From NCBI GenBank assembly GCA_947478395.1, contig CANJVR010000002.1, positions 416,001-480,000 on the forward strand: a stretch of DNA of 64,000 bases, read 5' to 3'. The translations under genes and the position numbers were made by a program. The notes under the pieces are model-generated. The model was not told the DNA's origin. It worked only from the letters and a program-made list of their open reading frames with translations, and did not search any database. This DNA comes from Opitutia bacterium (GTDB lineage: Bacteria > Verrucomicrobiota > Verrucomicrobiia > Opitutales > Opitutaceae). Shown piece by piece: positions 41,448 through 50,080 of this stretch. Every line of letters starts with the position of its first letter. The stretch's first letter is position 1.

Positions 41448-42257
41448 ATGAATCCTTCCGACCGGCCGCAGCCCCCCGAGAATGACGCGGTCAAGAACGA
41501 TCCCCAACCGTCCCCGGCCCACGCCGGGCGAAGCCGTAGCAAACGCGGGAAAAACAATTTAATGGCCCTGGGCTCCGCCGCCGTCCTCGCGGTTTATCTT
41601 GCCGGTTATTTTCGGACGCGCTCCGCAGCCCTGCGGTTCGAAAACGACACCGCGGGCCCACGGCATTCCGGCGCGGCCGCACCGATTGAAACCGCGATAG
41701 CCGCCGTGCCGCCCAAGCCGGCGGTGACCCCGCCCATCGAGCCCGCGATGGCGAAGCCGGAGGCACCTTTAGTCGTGGCCGCACCTGCGCCGACTCCCGT
41801 TGCGCCCGCGGTCCCGCCGCCAATCACGCCGCCCCCGGTCGCAGTCGAGCCAATCAAGCCCGCGGCCGCGGTCGCAGTCGTCGCGCCCACCGCTGTTTCC
41901 ACGCTGCCAATCGCCGCGGCGTCCATCGCCGCTGCGCCAGTCGCCAAGCCCGTCGAGGCGCCGCACCCGAAATGGAAAGACGGCACGTTCTCCGGCTGGG
42001 GTTCCTGTCGGCACGGCGATCTGCAGGCCACCTTGGAGATCAAAGCGGGCCGGATCGTTTCCGCCGTTATCAGCATCTGCCAGACGCGCTACTCCTGCGA
42101 CGTGCTCGACAAGATCGTGCCGCAAGTCGTCCTGCGCCAGAGCGCCGACGTCGACACGGTTTCCGGCGCCACCCAGAGCGCCGACGCGTTCTACTGGGCC
42201 GTGACGAGCGCTCTCGCCAGCGCCAAGTTTATCCTAGAACCAGCGAAGGCCCCGTGA
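41448..42257 (+). CDS. Membrane-anchored FMN-binding protein (flavinylation substrate)
   Basis: N-terminal TM, Pro/Ala linker, WKDGTFSG, VDTVSGATQS flavinylation motif. Confidence 0.85.
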   Translation: MNPSDRPQPPENDAVKNDPQPSPAHAGRSRSKRGKNNLMALGSAAVLAVYLAGYFRTRSAALRFENDTAGPRHSGAAAPIETAIAAVPPKPAVTPPIEPAMAKPEAPLVVAAPAPTPVAPAVPPPITPPPVAVEPIKPAAAVAVVAPTAVSTLPIAAASIAAAPVAKPVEAPHPKWKDGTFSGWGSCRHGDLQATLEIKAGRIVSAVISICQTRYSCDVLDKIVPQVVLRQSADVDTVSGATQSADAFYWAVTSALASAKFILEPAKAP

Positions 42258-43165
42258 GCGGGGCTTACGTCCACAGTTTTTCCCGGATGGGCACCGTCGT
42301 AACGATTCGCATCGTCGGTCCGGCCGTCACCCAACGGCAAAAATCCGAACTGGAAAATAGCGCGGGCCGCGCAGCCGCTTGGTTTCAACGCGTGGAGGAC
42401 GCGTGCTCGCGTTTCGACGAAAGCAGTGAGCTACGGCAACTTTCTGCGCGCGTCGGCCCGCCCGTCCCCGTGAGCGCGCTCCTGTTTCAAGCGCTGCAGT
42501 TCGCGCTGAAAGTCGCGGAAGAAACCAACGGCGCCTTTGATCCCACGGTGGGTTGGCGCATGGAAACGCGCGGATTTAATCGGCACTATCAAAGTGGCGA
42601 ACCGGTGCGAACGGCGCCGCCAGCCGACACGAACGGAACTTATCGCGATGTGCGCCTCGATCCCACGAACCGCACGGTCACGCTCCTGCGTCCGCTGGGC
42701 CTCGATCTCGGCGCAGTGGCAAAGGGCCTGGCCGTGGACTTAGCGGCGCGTGAGCTCGAGTCGTTTGAAAATTTCACGATCGACGCGGGCGGCGACCTCT
42801 TTCTGGCCGGCTCCAACGCGGACGGCGAACCGTGGTCGGTCGGCATTCGCCATCCGCGGGATCCGCAAGCCTTCATCCACCGGTTGTATTTGTCCGACGC
42901 CGCCGTCTGCACATCGGGCGACTACGAGCGCGTGGGGGCCTCCGGCCATCATTTATTGGATCCGCGGACGGGACAATCCGCCGCGCTTGCGGCGAGCGCC
43001 ACCGTGGTTGCGCCGAATGCGATGATGGCCGACGCACTCGCGACGGCGGCGTTTGTGCTCGGGCCGGTCGAGGGCCTTCAATTACTAGAAAACTCGGAGG
43101 TCGATGGGCTCATCGTGACGCCCGCACTCGAATCCTTCATGACCCCAGGATTGCGCGATGAGTAA
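42254..43165 (+). CDS. apbE: FAD:protein FMN transferase
   Basis: MGT, SRF..SEL, GAFDPTVG, DLGAVAKG..VD, GGD, TSGDYER, HLLDPRTG, ADALATA. GTGA overlap with the upstream gene. Confidence 0.92.
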   Translation: MSGAYVHSFSRMGTVVTIRIVGPAVTQRQKSELENSAGRAAAWFQRVEDACSRFDESSELRQLSARVGPPVPVSALLFQALQFALKVAEETNGAFDPTVGWRMETRGFNRHYQSGEPVRTAPPADTNGTYRDVRLDPTNRTVTLLRPLGLDLGAVAKGLAVDLAARELESFENFTIDAGGDLFLAGSNADGEPWSVGIRHPRDPQAFIHRLYLSDAAVCTSGDYERVGASGHHLLDPRTGQSAALAASATVVAPNAMMADALATAAFVLGPVEGLQLLENSEVDGLIVTPALESFMTPGLRDE

Positions 43166-44024
43166 CATCCCATTGGTTGAACCACCGTCGCGGTCCACGC
43201 GGCTGCGTCGATTTTTTCGGAGCCCGAAAGGATTGCTCATCTTGGTTCTGAGCGCTCTCACGGTCGGCGCCGCGGTGGCCAACGGCGTGGCCACCATCGC
43301 GCCAGGCGTGATCGGTGCGGTCGTGACCGCGATGCTGCTCGACGCGCCCCTTCTCCGGCGGCGCAAGCGCAAGTGGGTGATGCCCGACGGTGCACTGCTC
43401 ACCGGGCTCATCGTCGCGATGGTCCTCAGTGCGCAAGCGCCGTGGTACGTCGGCGCGTTCGCGTCGGCGCTCGGGGTTGCCGCGAAATATTTCCTGCGCT
43501 CCCGCACGGCGAACATCTTCAACCCCGCGGCACTCGCGCTGCTCGCCGCCTATGTCGTTTTTCACTCCGGCCAAAGCTGGTGGGGCGCCCTACCCGATCT
43601 GACGCCGGCCCTGCTCGAACCCGTGACGCTTGCTGTGCTGCTTGCAACGGGCCTGTTGGTCGCCGACCGGGTGAACCGCGGGCCGGCCGCGCTCTCGTTT
43701 TTGGGCGGGTATTATCTGCTTTTTACCGCCAACGCTTTTCTGGGCGATCCGGCCCACGTCGCCGCTATTTTCCGTTCATCAGATCTGCATGCGGCGCTGT
43801 TCTTCGCCTTCTTCATGGTCACTGATCCGCCCACGTCGCCGCCCGGGCCTCGGAACCAAATCATCTTCGGCGCAATCGTCGCCGGCGTCAGCTACGCGGT
43901 TTTCTTCTTTGTCGGAGCCGTTTACTATTTGCTCGTCGGACTGCTGGTGGCGAACGCGTGGGAAGCCTGGCGCCGAGTGCAAGCGAAGCCCGCGCATTCC
44001 GCCGCCAAGGACCACGCCCTTTAG
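43158..44024 (+). CDS. Short RnfD/NqrB-like membrane protein
   Basis: LTGLI, K....NIFNPA, FFAFFMVTDPPTSP, LLVAN motifs. Confidence 0.82.
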   Translation: MSNIPLVEPPSRSTRLRRFFRSPKGLLILVLSALTVGAAVANGVATIAPGVIGAVVTAMLLDAPLLRRRKRKWVMPDGALLTGLIVAMVLSAQAPWYVGAFASALGVAAKYFLRSRTANIFNPAALALLAAYVVFHSGQSWWGALPDLTPALLEPVTLAVLLATGLLVADRVNRGPAALSFLGGYYLLFTANAFLGDPAHVAAIFRSSDLHAALFFAFFMVTDPPTSPPGPRNQIIFGAIVAGVSYAVFFFVGAVYYLLVGLLVANAWEAWRRVQAKPAHSAAKDHAL

Positions 44025-44206
44025 CGAAGCGACTTCGCCGTTCGCAGGAAATCCCCCGTCCGCACGATCTTCCGTATTGCCCCACAAGCGCTTGGGCCGT
44101 CCCTTGGTGGCGTCGGCGGCGGTCGCTATTCGAGCCCGCCCAGGTCGCTATCCGCTTTCCGTCTCGTTTCTTTCCGTCTGACCGCCCGCCGCCGCGCCGC
44201 CGCACC

Positions 44207-46579
44207 ATGAACAAAAAAGCCCTCACCGAGGCCGACATCCGCACCAAGTTCATCACTCCGGCACTGGTGGGCGGGACCGGCGAGAAGTGGGATCTCATGA
44301 CGCAGATTCGCGAGGAGGCTTACTTCACCAAGGGGCGCGTGATCGTACGCGGTAAAACCGTAAAACGGGGCGAATCTAAAAAGGCCGATTATCTCCTCTC
44401 CTATAAACCGAATCTCCCGCTCGCGGTCATCGAGGCGAAGGACAATAACCATTCCGTCGGCGCCGGAATGACCCAGGCACTCGAGTACGCCGAGATTCTC
44501 GACGTTCCTTTCGCCTACAGCTCCAACGGCGACGCCTTTCTTGAACACGACCGCACCGCGACCAGCGGCACCGTCACGCGGGAAATTCCACTCGATCAGT
44601 TCCCCTCGCCCGCAGAACTCTGGAACCGCTACCGCGCAGCCAAGCATTACACCGCCGCCCAAGCCAGCATCGCCACGCAAGATTACTACGACAACGGTTC
44701 GCGGAAATCCCCGCGCTATTATCAGCTGATCGCGATCAACCGCACGGTCGACGCCATCGCTCGCGGCGAAAATCGCATCCTGCTTGTTATGGCCACGGGC
44801 ACCGGGAAAACCTACACCGCCTTTCAGATCATCTGGCGTCTCTGGAAGTCCGGCGCGAAGAAACGCATCCTTTTCCTGGTCGATCGCAACATCCTCGCCG
44901 ACCAGACGAAGACCAACGACTTCAAGCCGTTTGGTCAGGCGATGACCAAGATCGTGAATCGTACCGTCGACAAAGCCTTCGAGATTTACCTCTGCCTCTA
45001 CCAAGCCGTCACCGGGACCGAGGAAGAACAAAACGTCTACACGCAGTTCTCACCGGATTTCTTCGATCTAATCGTCATCGATGAGTGTCATCGCGGGAGC
45101 GCCGCCGACGACGCCGCGTGGCGCAAGGTCCTCGACTACTTCTCATCGGCCACGCAGATCGGCCTCACCGCCACACCCAAGGAAACGAAAGACGTTTCCA
45201 ACATCGAATACTTCGGCGAGCCGATCTACACCTACTCGCTTCGACAGGGAATCTCCGACGGTTTCCTCGCTCCCTACAAAGTGATTCGCATCGGTCTCGA
45301 CAAAGATCTCGACGGCTGGCGGCCAGAAAACGGGCAGACAGACAAATACGGCCAGCTCATCGTCGACCGCGAATACAACGACCGCGACTTCGACCGAAAT
45401 CTCATCCTCGAAAAACGCACCGCTCTGGTCGCCGCCAAGGTCACGGAATTTCTCCGCGCCACCAACCGCTTCGCGAAAACCATCATCTTCTGCGAGAACA
45501 TCGATCACGCCGAACGCATGCGTCAGGCCATGGTCAACGCCAACCCCGACCTCGCCGCCGCCAACCCCAAATACGTCATGCGCATCACCGGCGACAACGA
45601 CGAAGGCAAGGCCCAGCTCGACAACTTCATTGACCCCGAATCCACCTACCCCGTCATCTGCACGACGTCTCGCCTGATGAGCACGGGCGTCGATGCCCAG
45701 ACCTGCCACCTCATTGTGCTCGATCGCCGGATCGAGTCGCCGACCGAGTTCAAGCAGATCATCGGCCGGGGCACGCGCATCAACGAGGACTACAATAAAC
45801 TTTTCTTCACCATCATTGATTTCAAACGGGCCACCGCCCAATTCGCGGACCCGGATTTCGATGGCGATCCTGTTCAGATTTATGAGCCGATGGGCGACGA
45901 GTCCGTGGTCCCACCAGAGTCCGTCCTCTCCGATATTACTGGCAATCTCGTCCCTGAGGACGCCGCGCCGTATGGCGACGTCGATGATCCCGCCATTGGC
46001 CCCGCGGGTTCGACGACGAAATATTTCGTCAACAACGTCGAAGTCCGCGTCGCCACCGAGCGCGTCCAATACCTCGACGAGCACGGCAAGCTGATCACCG
46101 AGTCGCTCAAGGATTACTCACGCAAGACCGTTCGCCAGGCCTACGCCTCCCTCGATGCGTTTCTCACCGTTTGGAACGATTCCGAGAAGAAACAGGCCGT
46201 CCTCGAAGAACTCGCCGCCCGAGGCGTTTTTCTCGACGAACTCTCCGAACAGGTCGGCCGCGACTACGACGCTTTCGACCTCGTCTGCCACATCGCCTTC
46301 GACGCCCCGCCGCTTACGCGCAAGGACCGGGCCGAGAAAGTGAAGAAGCGAAATGTGTTCGCCAAGTACGGCGAGAAAGCCCGCGCCGTGCTCGATGCGC
46401 TGCTCCAAAAATATGCCGACAGCGGACTCAAAAGCGTGGAGTCGCTCGAGATTCTAAAAGTAGACCCACTCACCGCCTTCGGAACGCCCGTTGAGATCGT
46501 CAGCCTCTTCGGCGGCAAGGCCGCTTACCTTGGGGCTATTCGAGAACTCGAAAGCGCTCTCTATCGTCCCGCTGCCTGA
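44207..46579 (+). CDS. hsdR: Type I restriction enzyme R subunit (EcoAI/EcoEI-like)
   Basis: ADY..IEAK nuclease, QALEYA, MATGTGKT, DECHRGS, LTATP, QIIGRGTR, EcoEI-type C-terminus. Start MNKKAL. Confidence 0.95.
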   Translation: MNKKALTEADIRTKFITPALVGGTGEKWDLMTQIREEAYFTKGRVIVRGKTVKRGESKKADYLLSYKPNLPLAVIEAKDNNHSVGAGMTQALEYAEILDVPFAYSSNGDAFLEHDRTATSGTVTREIPLDQFPSPAELWNRYRAAKHYTAAQASIATQDYYDNGSRKSPRYYQLIAINRTVDAIARGENRILLVMATGTGKTYTAFQIIWRLWKSGAKKRILFLVDRNILADQTKTNDFKPFGQAMTKIVNRTVDKAFEIYLCLYQAVTGTEEEQNVYTQFSPDFFDLIVIDECHRGSAADDAAWRKVLDYFSSATQIGLTATPKETKDVSNIEYFGEPIYTYSLRQGISDGFLAPYKVIRIGLDKDLDGWRPENGQTDKYGQLIVDREYNDRDFDRNLILEKRTALVAAKVTEFLRATNRFAKTIIFCENIDHAERMRQAMVNANPDLAAANPKYVMRITGDNDEGKAQLDNFIDPESTYPVICTTSRLMSTGVDAQTCHLIVLDRRIESPTEFKQIIGRGTRINEDYNKLFFTIIDFKRATAQFADPDFDGDPVQIYEPMGDESVVPPESVLSDITGNLVPEDAAPYGDVDDPAIGPAGSTTKYFVNNVEVRVATERVQYLDEHGKLITESLKDYSRKTVRQAYASLDAFLTVWNDSEKKQAVLEELAARGVFLDELSEQVGRDYDAFDLVCHIAFDAPPLTRKDRAEKVKKRNVFAKYGEKARAVLDALLQKYADSGLKSVESLEILKVDPLTAFGTPVEIVSLFGGKAAYLGAIRELESALYRPAA

Positions 46580-46581
46580 TC

Positions 46582-47337
46582 ATGGCTTCGCTTCCTTCGA
46601 CTGTGTTTGGTGAGTATCTGGTCTTTGTCGACGAGAGCGGCGATCACAACCTCTCTCAGATCGATCCCCAATTTCCCGTCTTTGTCTTGCTCTTCGCCAT
46701 CATGCGAAAAGACGACTACGTGAATCGCATTTGCCCCGATCTTCAGCGTTTCAAATTTGAATTCTGGGGGCACGATGAGGTCGTGCTGCACGAGCATGAA
46801 ATCCGAAAGCCCTTCGGAGATTTTCTCTTCCTCCTGCAAAAACCGTTGCGCGAACGATTCTTCGTCGGTCTCACAGCCCAAATGGCCGCGCTGTCCGCCA
46901 CCGTCGTTGCGGTCATTGTCGACAAGATTGCTTTCGCTGCGCGCTACACCCAGCCCGTCAACCCGTACGACTATGCATTGGAGACGGGGCTAGAACGAGT
47001 TTTCCGCCATCTGGAACTGATGGGCGAGGCGGCCAAAACAACCACCATCTTAGTGGAGAAACGCGGGCGGAAAGAAGACGCCGAACTGGAACTCGCCTTT
47101 CGTCGCGTTTGCGACGGTAAAAATGCCCTGAATAAATCCCTGCCATTGCATCTCGTGATGGTGCCGAAGTCCTCCAATTCCGCCGGTCTGCAACTCACTG
47201 ATCTCATGGCGCGACCGGTCGCACTCCATCACCTGCGTCCAACCCAGCCCAATCGCGCGTTCGATCTCATTGCACCTAAGCTACGTCGCAGTCCCGCCGG
47301 AAAAATCGAGGGCTGGGGTCTCAAGCGCCTCCCCTGA
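46582..47337 (+). CDS. DUF3800-like protein
   Basis: N-terminal FVDESG, LH..EIRK, EKRG.KED, C-terminal GLQLTDL (QxxD) motifs. Confidence 0.85.
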   Translation: MASLPSTVFGEYLVFVDESGDHNLSQIDPQFPVFVLLFAIMRKDDYVNRICPDLQRFKFEFWGHDEVVLHEHEIRKPFGDFLFLLQKPLRERFFVGLTAQMAALSATVVAVIVDKIAFAARYTQPVNPYDYALETGLERVFRHLELMGEAAKTTTILVEKRGRKEDAELELAFRRVCDGKNALNKSLPLHLVMVPKSSNSAGLQLTDLMARPVALHHLRPTQPNRAFDLIAPKLRRSPAGKIEGWGLKRLP

Positions 47338-47402
47338 AAATGCGAAGGGCCCCCGGGAAATCCCAGAAGCCCAGCGCCGACCGGAAATTTCCAGTCCAAC
47401 TT
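47338..47402 (-). ncRNA. Candidate DUF3800-associated small structured RNA, antisense and convergent to the gene
   Basis: Minus strand: hairpin GACUGGA-AAUU-UCCGGUC, then GCG-CU-GGGCUUCUGGG-AUUU-CCCGGGGGCCC-UU-CGC, then AUUUU. The G-U pairs would be A-C mismatches on the plus strand. Confidence 0.7.
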
Positions 47403-47408
47403 GCCTCT

Positions 47409-47436
47409 ACGGTTTTCAATTTCTTCCTCTTCGCAA
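47409..47436 (-). promoter_or_regulatory. Possible sigma70-like promoter for the antisense RNA
   Basis: Minus strand TTGCGA-N16-AACCGT, ending about 6 nt before the predicted RNA 5' end. Confidence 0.4.
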
Positions 47437-47450
47437 TCTGAATCTCGCCC

Positions 47451-48908
47451 ATGCCCAACGTCTCCAATCTCATCAAAACCATCCAGGACATCATGCGCAA
47501 AGACGCGGGTGTTGATGGCGACGCCCAGCGCCTGGCCCAGCTCGGCTGGATGTTTTTCCTGAAAATCTTCGACGACCGCGAGACCCAGCTCGAACTCTTC
47601 GACGACGCCTACAAGTCCCCGCTCGCCAAAAATCTCCGTTGGCGCACCTGGGCCACCGATGCCGAGGGCATCACCGGCGACGCCCTCCTCGATTTCGCCA
47701 ACAACACCCTCCTCCCCAAGCTCAAGACACTCCCCGGTGGCGGTGACAAAATCACCACGTTGATCCGCGCTGCCTTCGACGGCGCCAACAACTACATGAA
47801 GAACGGCACGTTGATGCGCCAGGTCATCAACAAGATTAACGGCATCGACTTCAACGCCTCCGACGATCGCCACATGTTTGGCGACATCTACGAAAAGCTC
47901 CTCAAGGACCTCCAATCCGCGGGCAACGCCGGCGAATTCTACACCCCGCGCGCCGTCACCCAGTTCATCGTCGAGCAGGTCAATCCCCGCCTCGGCGAGA
48001 CCATCCTCGATCCCGCCTGCGGCACTGGCGGCTTTCTCGTCTGCGCCATCGAGCACCTCCGCAAGCAGGCCAAGACCGAGGCCGACGAGCGCGCTCTCCA
48101 AGACTGCTTCGCCGGCATCGAGAAGAAACATCTCCCGCACGTCCTGTGCATGACCAATCTCCTTCTGCATGGCATCGACGTCCCCTCCAACGTTCGCCAC
48201 GACAACACCCTCGCCCGTCCGCTGCGTGACTGGAGCCCCAAGGAGCGCGTGGACGTCATCGTCACCAATCCGCCCTTCGGTGGTATGGAAGAGGACGGCA
48301 TTGAGTCCAACTACCCAGCCGAGTTTCGCACCCGGGAAACGGCCGACCTCTTCCTCGTGCTCCTCATGAAGATCCTCAAGCCCGGCGGTCGCGCCGGACT
48401 CGTGCTGCCCGACGGCACCCTCTTCGGCGAAGGCGTCAAGACCCGCATCAAGGAAGCCCTCCTCACCGAGTGTAATCTCCACACCATCGTCCGCCTGCCC
48501 AACGGTGTCTTCAATCCCTACACCGGCATCCGCACCAACCTCCTTTTCTTCACCAAGGGCGCGCCCACCACGGAAGTCTGGTATTACGAGCATCCCTATC
48601 CGCCCGGATCCAAGAGCTACAACAAAGGCAAACCCATCCGCATCGAAGAATTCGAGGGCGAGCGCCTGTGGTGGGGCGACGAGGCCGACGACTTTAAATC
48701 CCGCGTGGAAAACGAGCAGGCGTGGCGCGTCTCCATCGACACCATCAAAGCCGGCAACTTCAACCTCGACCTCAAGAACCCGCACAACCCCGACACCGGC
48801 CCCGGCGACGTGGACCACCTCCTGCCCGAATACGAAAAGCTCCTCACCCAGATCGCCGCCACGCGTGGGCAGTTGAAGGCGCAATTGATGGAGGCGCTGA
48901 ACCGATGA
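47451..48908 (+). CDS. hsdM: Type I restriction-modification methyltransferase
   Basis: IQDIMRKDAGVDGDAQR, GEFYTPR, DPACGTGGFL, NPPFGG (N6-adenine type). Confidence 0.96.
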   Translation: MPNVSNLIKTIQDIMRKDAGVDGDAQRLAQLGWMFFLKIFDDRETQLELFDDAYKSPLAKNLRWRTWATDAEGITGDALLDFANNTLLPKLKTLPGGGDKITTLIRAAFDGANNYMKNGTLMRQVINKINGIDFNASDDRHMFGDIYEKLLKDLQSAGNAGEFYTPRAVTQFIVEQVNPRLGETILDPACGTGGFLVCAIEHLRKQAKTEADERALQDCFAGIEKKHLPHVLCMTNLLLHGIDVPSNVRHDNTLARPLRDWSPKERVDVIVTNPPFGGMEEDGIESNYPAEFRTRETADLFLVLLMKILKPGGRAGLVLPDGTLFGEGVKTRIKEALLTECNLHTIVRLPNGVFNPYTGIRTNLLFFTKGAPTTEVWYYEHPYPPGSKSYNKGKPIRIEEFEGERLWWGDEADDFKSRVENEQAWRVSIDTIKAGNFNLDLKNPHNPDTGPGDVDHLLPEYEKLLTQIAATRGQLKAQLMEALNR

Positions 48909-50080
48909 AAAAGAAAATCACGCTCCCAAAGAAAACCGCGCCCGCCAAACGCTCCGGTGTCACGAAGGCGAAGCCCGATGGCCTAACCCCGCTCGTCACC
49001 GAGGTGAGGCACCTCATCCAAGCCGCCCGCGGTGGTGTCGTCTCCGTCGTCAATACCTTTCAAGTGATGACCAATTTCGAGATCGGTCGCCGCATCGTCG
49101 AGCATGAGCAGAAGGGCGAGAAGCGCGCGGCTTATGGGGCAGAAGTGGTGAAAGAACTTTCGACCCGGCTGACCGAGGAATTCGGACGGGGATTCTCAAA
49201 GGCTAATCTCGAATACATGAGGCGATTCTACCTCGAGTGGCAGAGTCGTGTGCCCGCGATTGCCCAGACGTCATCTGGGCAATTGCTGCCAAACGAGATT
49301 GGCCAGAAGCCTTCTGATAAATTGGAAATCGCCCAGACAGCGTCTGGGCGATTCGGCACGACCCCATTCACTTTGAGTTGGTCTCACTACGTTGAGCTCA
49401 TGGGAATCAAGGATCCCAACGAGCGTAGCTTCTACGAAATTGAATCACGACAGTCGGACTGGAACGTCCGCGAGCTGAAACGCCAGAAAGCCTCCGCGCT
49501 CTACCACCGCCTCGCCCTCAGCCGGGACAAAGCCGGCGTCAAACGCCTCGCCCGCGAGGGGCAAATCATCACGAAGCCCGAAGACGTCTTGAAGAATCCG
49601 CTCGTCCTCGAATTCCTCGGCCTCGACGAGCAGGCCGGTTACTCCGAATCCGATCTCGAATCTGCCATTATCACGCACCTCGAAAAATTCCTCCTGGAGC
49701 TGGGCAAGGGCTTCCTCTTCGAGGCCCGGCAGAAGCGTTTCACCTTCGACGGCGACCACTATTTCCTCGATCTCGTCTTCTACAATAGGCTCCTGCGCTG
49801 CTATCTGGTCATCGACCTGAAGCTCGACAAGCTCACCCACCAGGACCTCGGGCAGATGCAGATGTATGTGAATTACTACGACCGCCACGAGAAGCTGCCG
49901 GAGGAAAACGCCACCATCGGCCTGCTGCTCTGCCGTGAGAAAAACGATGCCGTGGTGGAGCTCACACTCCCTAAGGGTGCCAACATCCACGCCAAGGAAT
50001 ACCAGCTCTACCTGCCCTCGAAGGAACTGCTCAAAGCCAAGCTCCTCGAATGGGTGCGCGTGGAGGAAGCCAGGGCGTGA
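48905..50080 (+). CDS. DUF1016/YhcG PD-(D/E)XK nuclease-family protein
   Basis: IGR.IVE.EQ.G..RA.YG, LSWSHY, W.VREL, K.P.VLEFL, FLLELGKGF, DLVFYN, DLK, GQMQMYVNY. Start MKKKI overlaps the hsdM stop. Confidence 0.92.
   Translation: MKKKITLPKKTAPAKRSGVTKAKPDGLTPLVTEVRHLIQAARGGVVSVVNTFQVMTNFEIGRRIVEHEQKGEKRAAYGAEVVKELSTRLTEEFGRGFSKANLEYMRRFYLEWQSRVPAIAQTSSGQLLPNEIGQKPSDKLEIAQTASGRFGTTPFTLSWSHYVELMGIKDPNERSFYEIESRQSDWNVRELKRQKASALYHRLALSRDKAGVKRLAREGQIITKPEDVLKNPLVLEFLGLDEQAGYSESDLESAIITHLEKFLLELGKGFLFEARQKRFTFDGDHYFLDLVFYNRLLRCYLVIDLKLDKLTHQDLGQMQMYVNYYDRHEKLPEENATIGLLLCREKNDAVVELTLPKGANIHAKEYQLYLPSKELLKAKLLEWVRVEEARA
49259..49352. repeat. Three tandem 25-bp palindromes inside the YhcG coding sequence
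   Basis: ATTGCCCAGA-N5-TCTGGGCAAT (49259), ATTGGCCAGA-N5-TCTGATAAAT (49298), ATCGCCCAGA-N5-TCTGGGCGAT (49328). Confidence 0.8.

Noticed and set aside
43958..44206. N-terminal extension of HsdR in the ORF track
   Set aside because: It overlaps the rnfD-like gene and is Arg/Pro-rich noise; HsdR homology starts at MNKKALTEADIR (44207).
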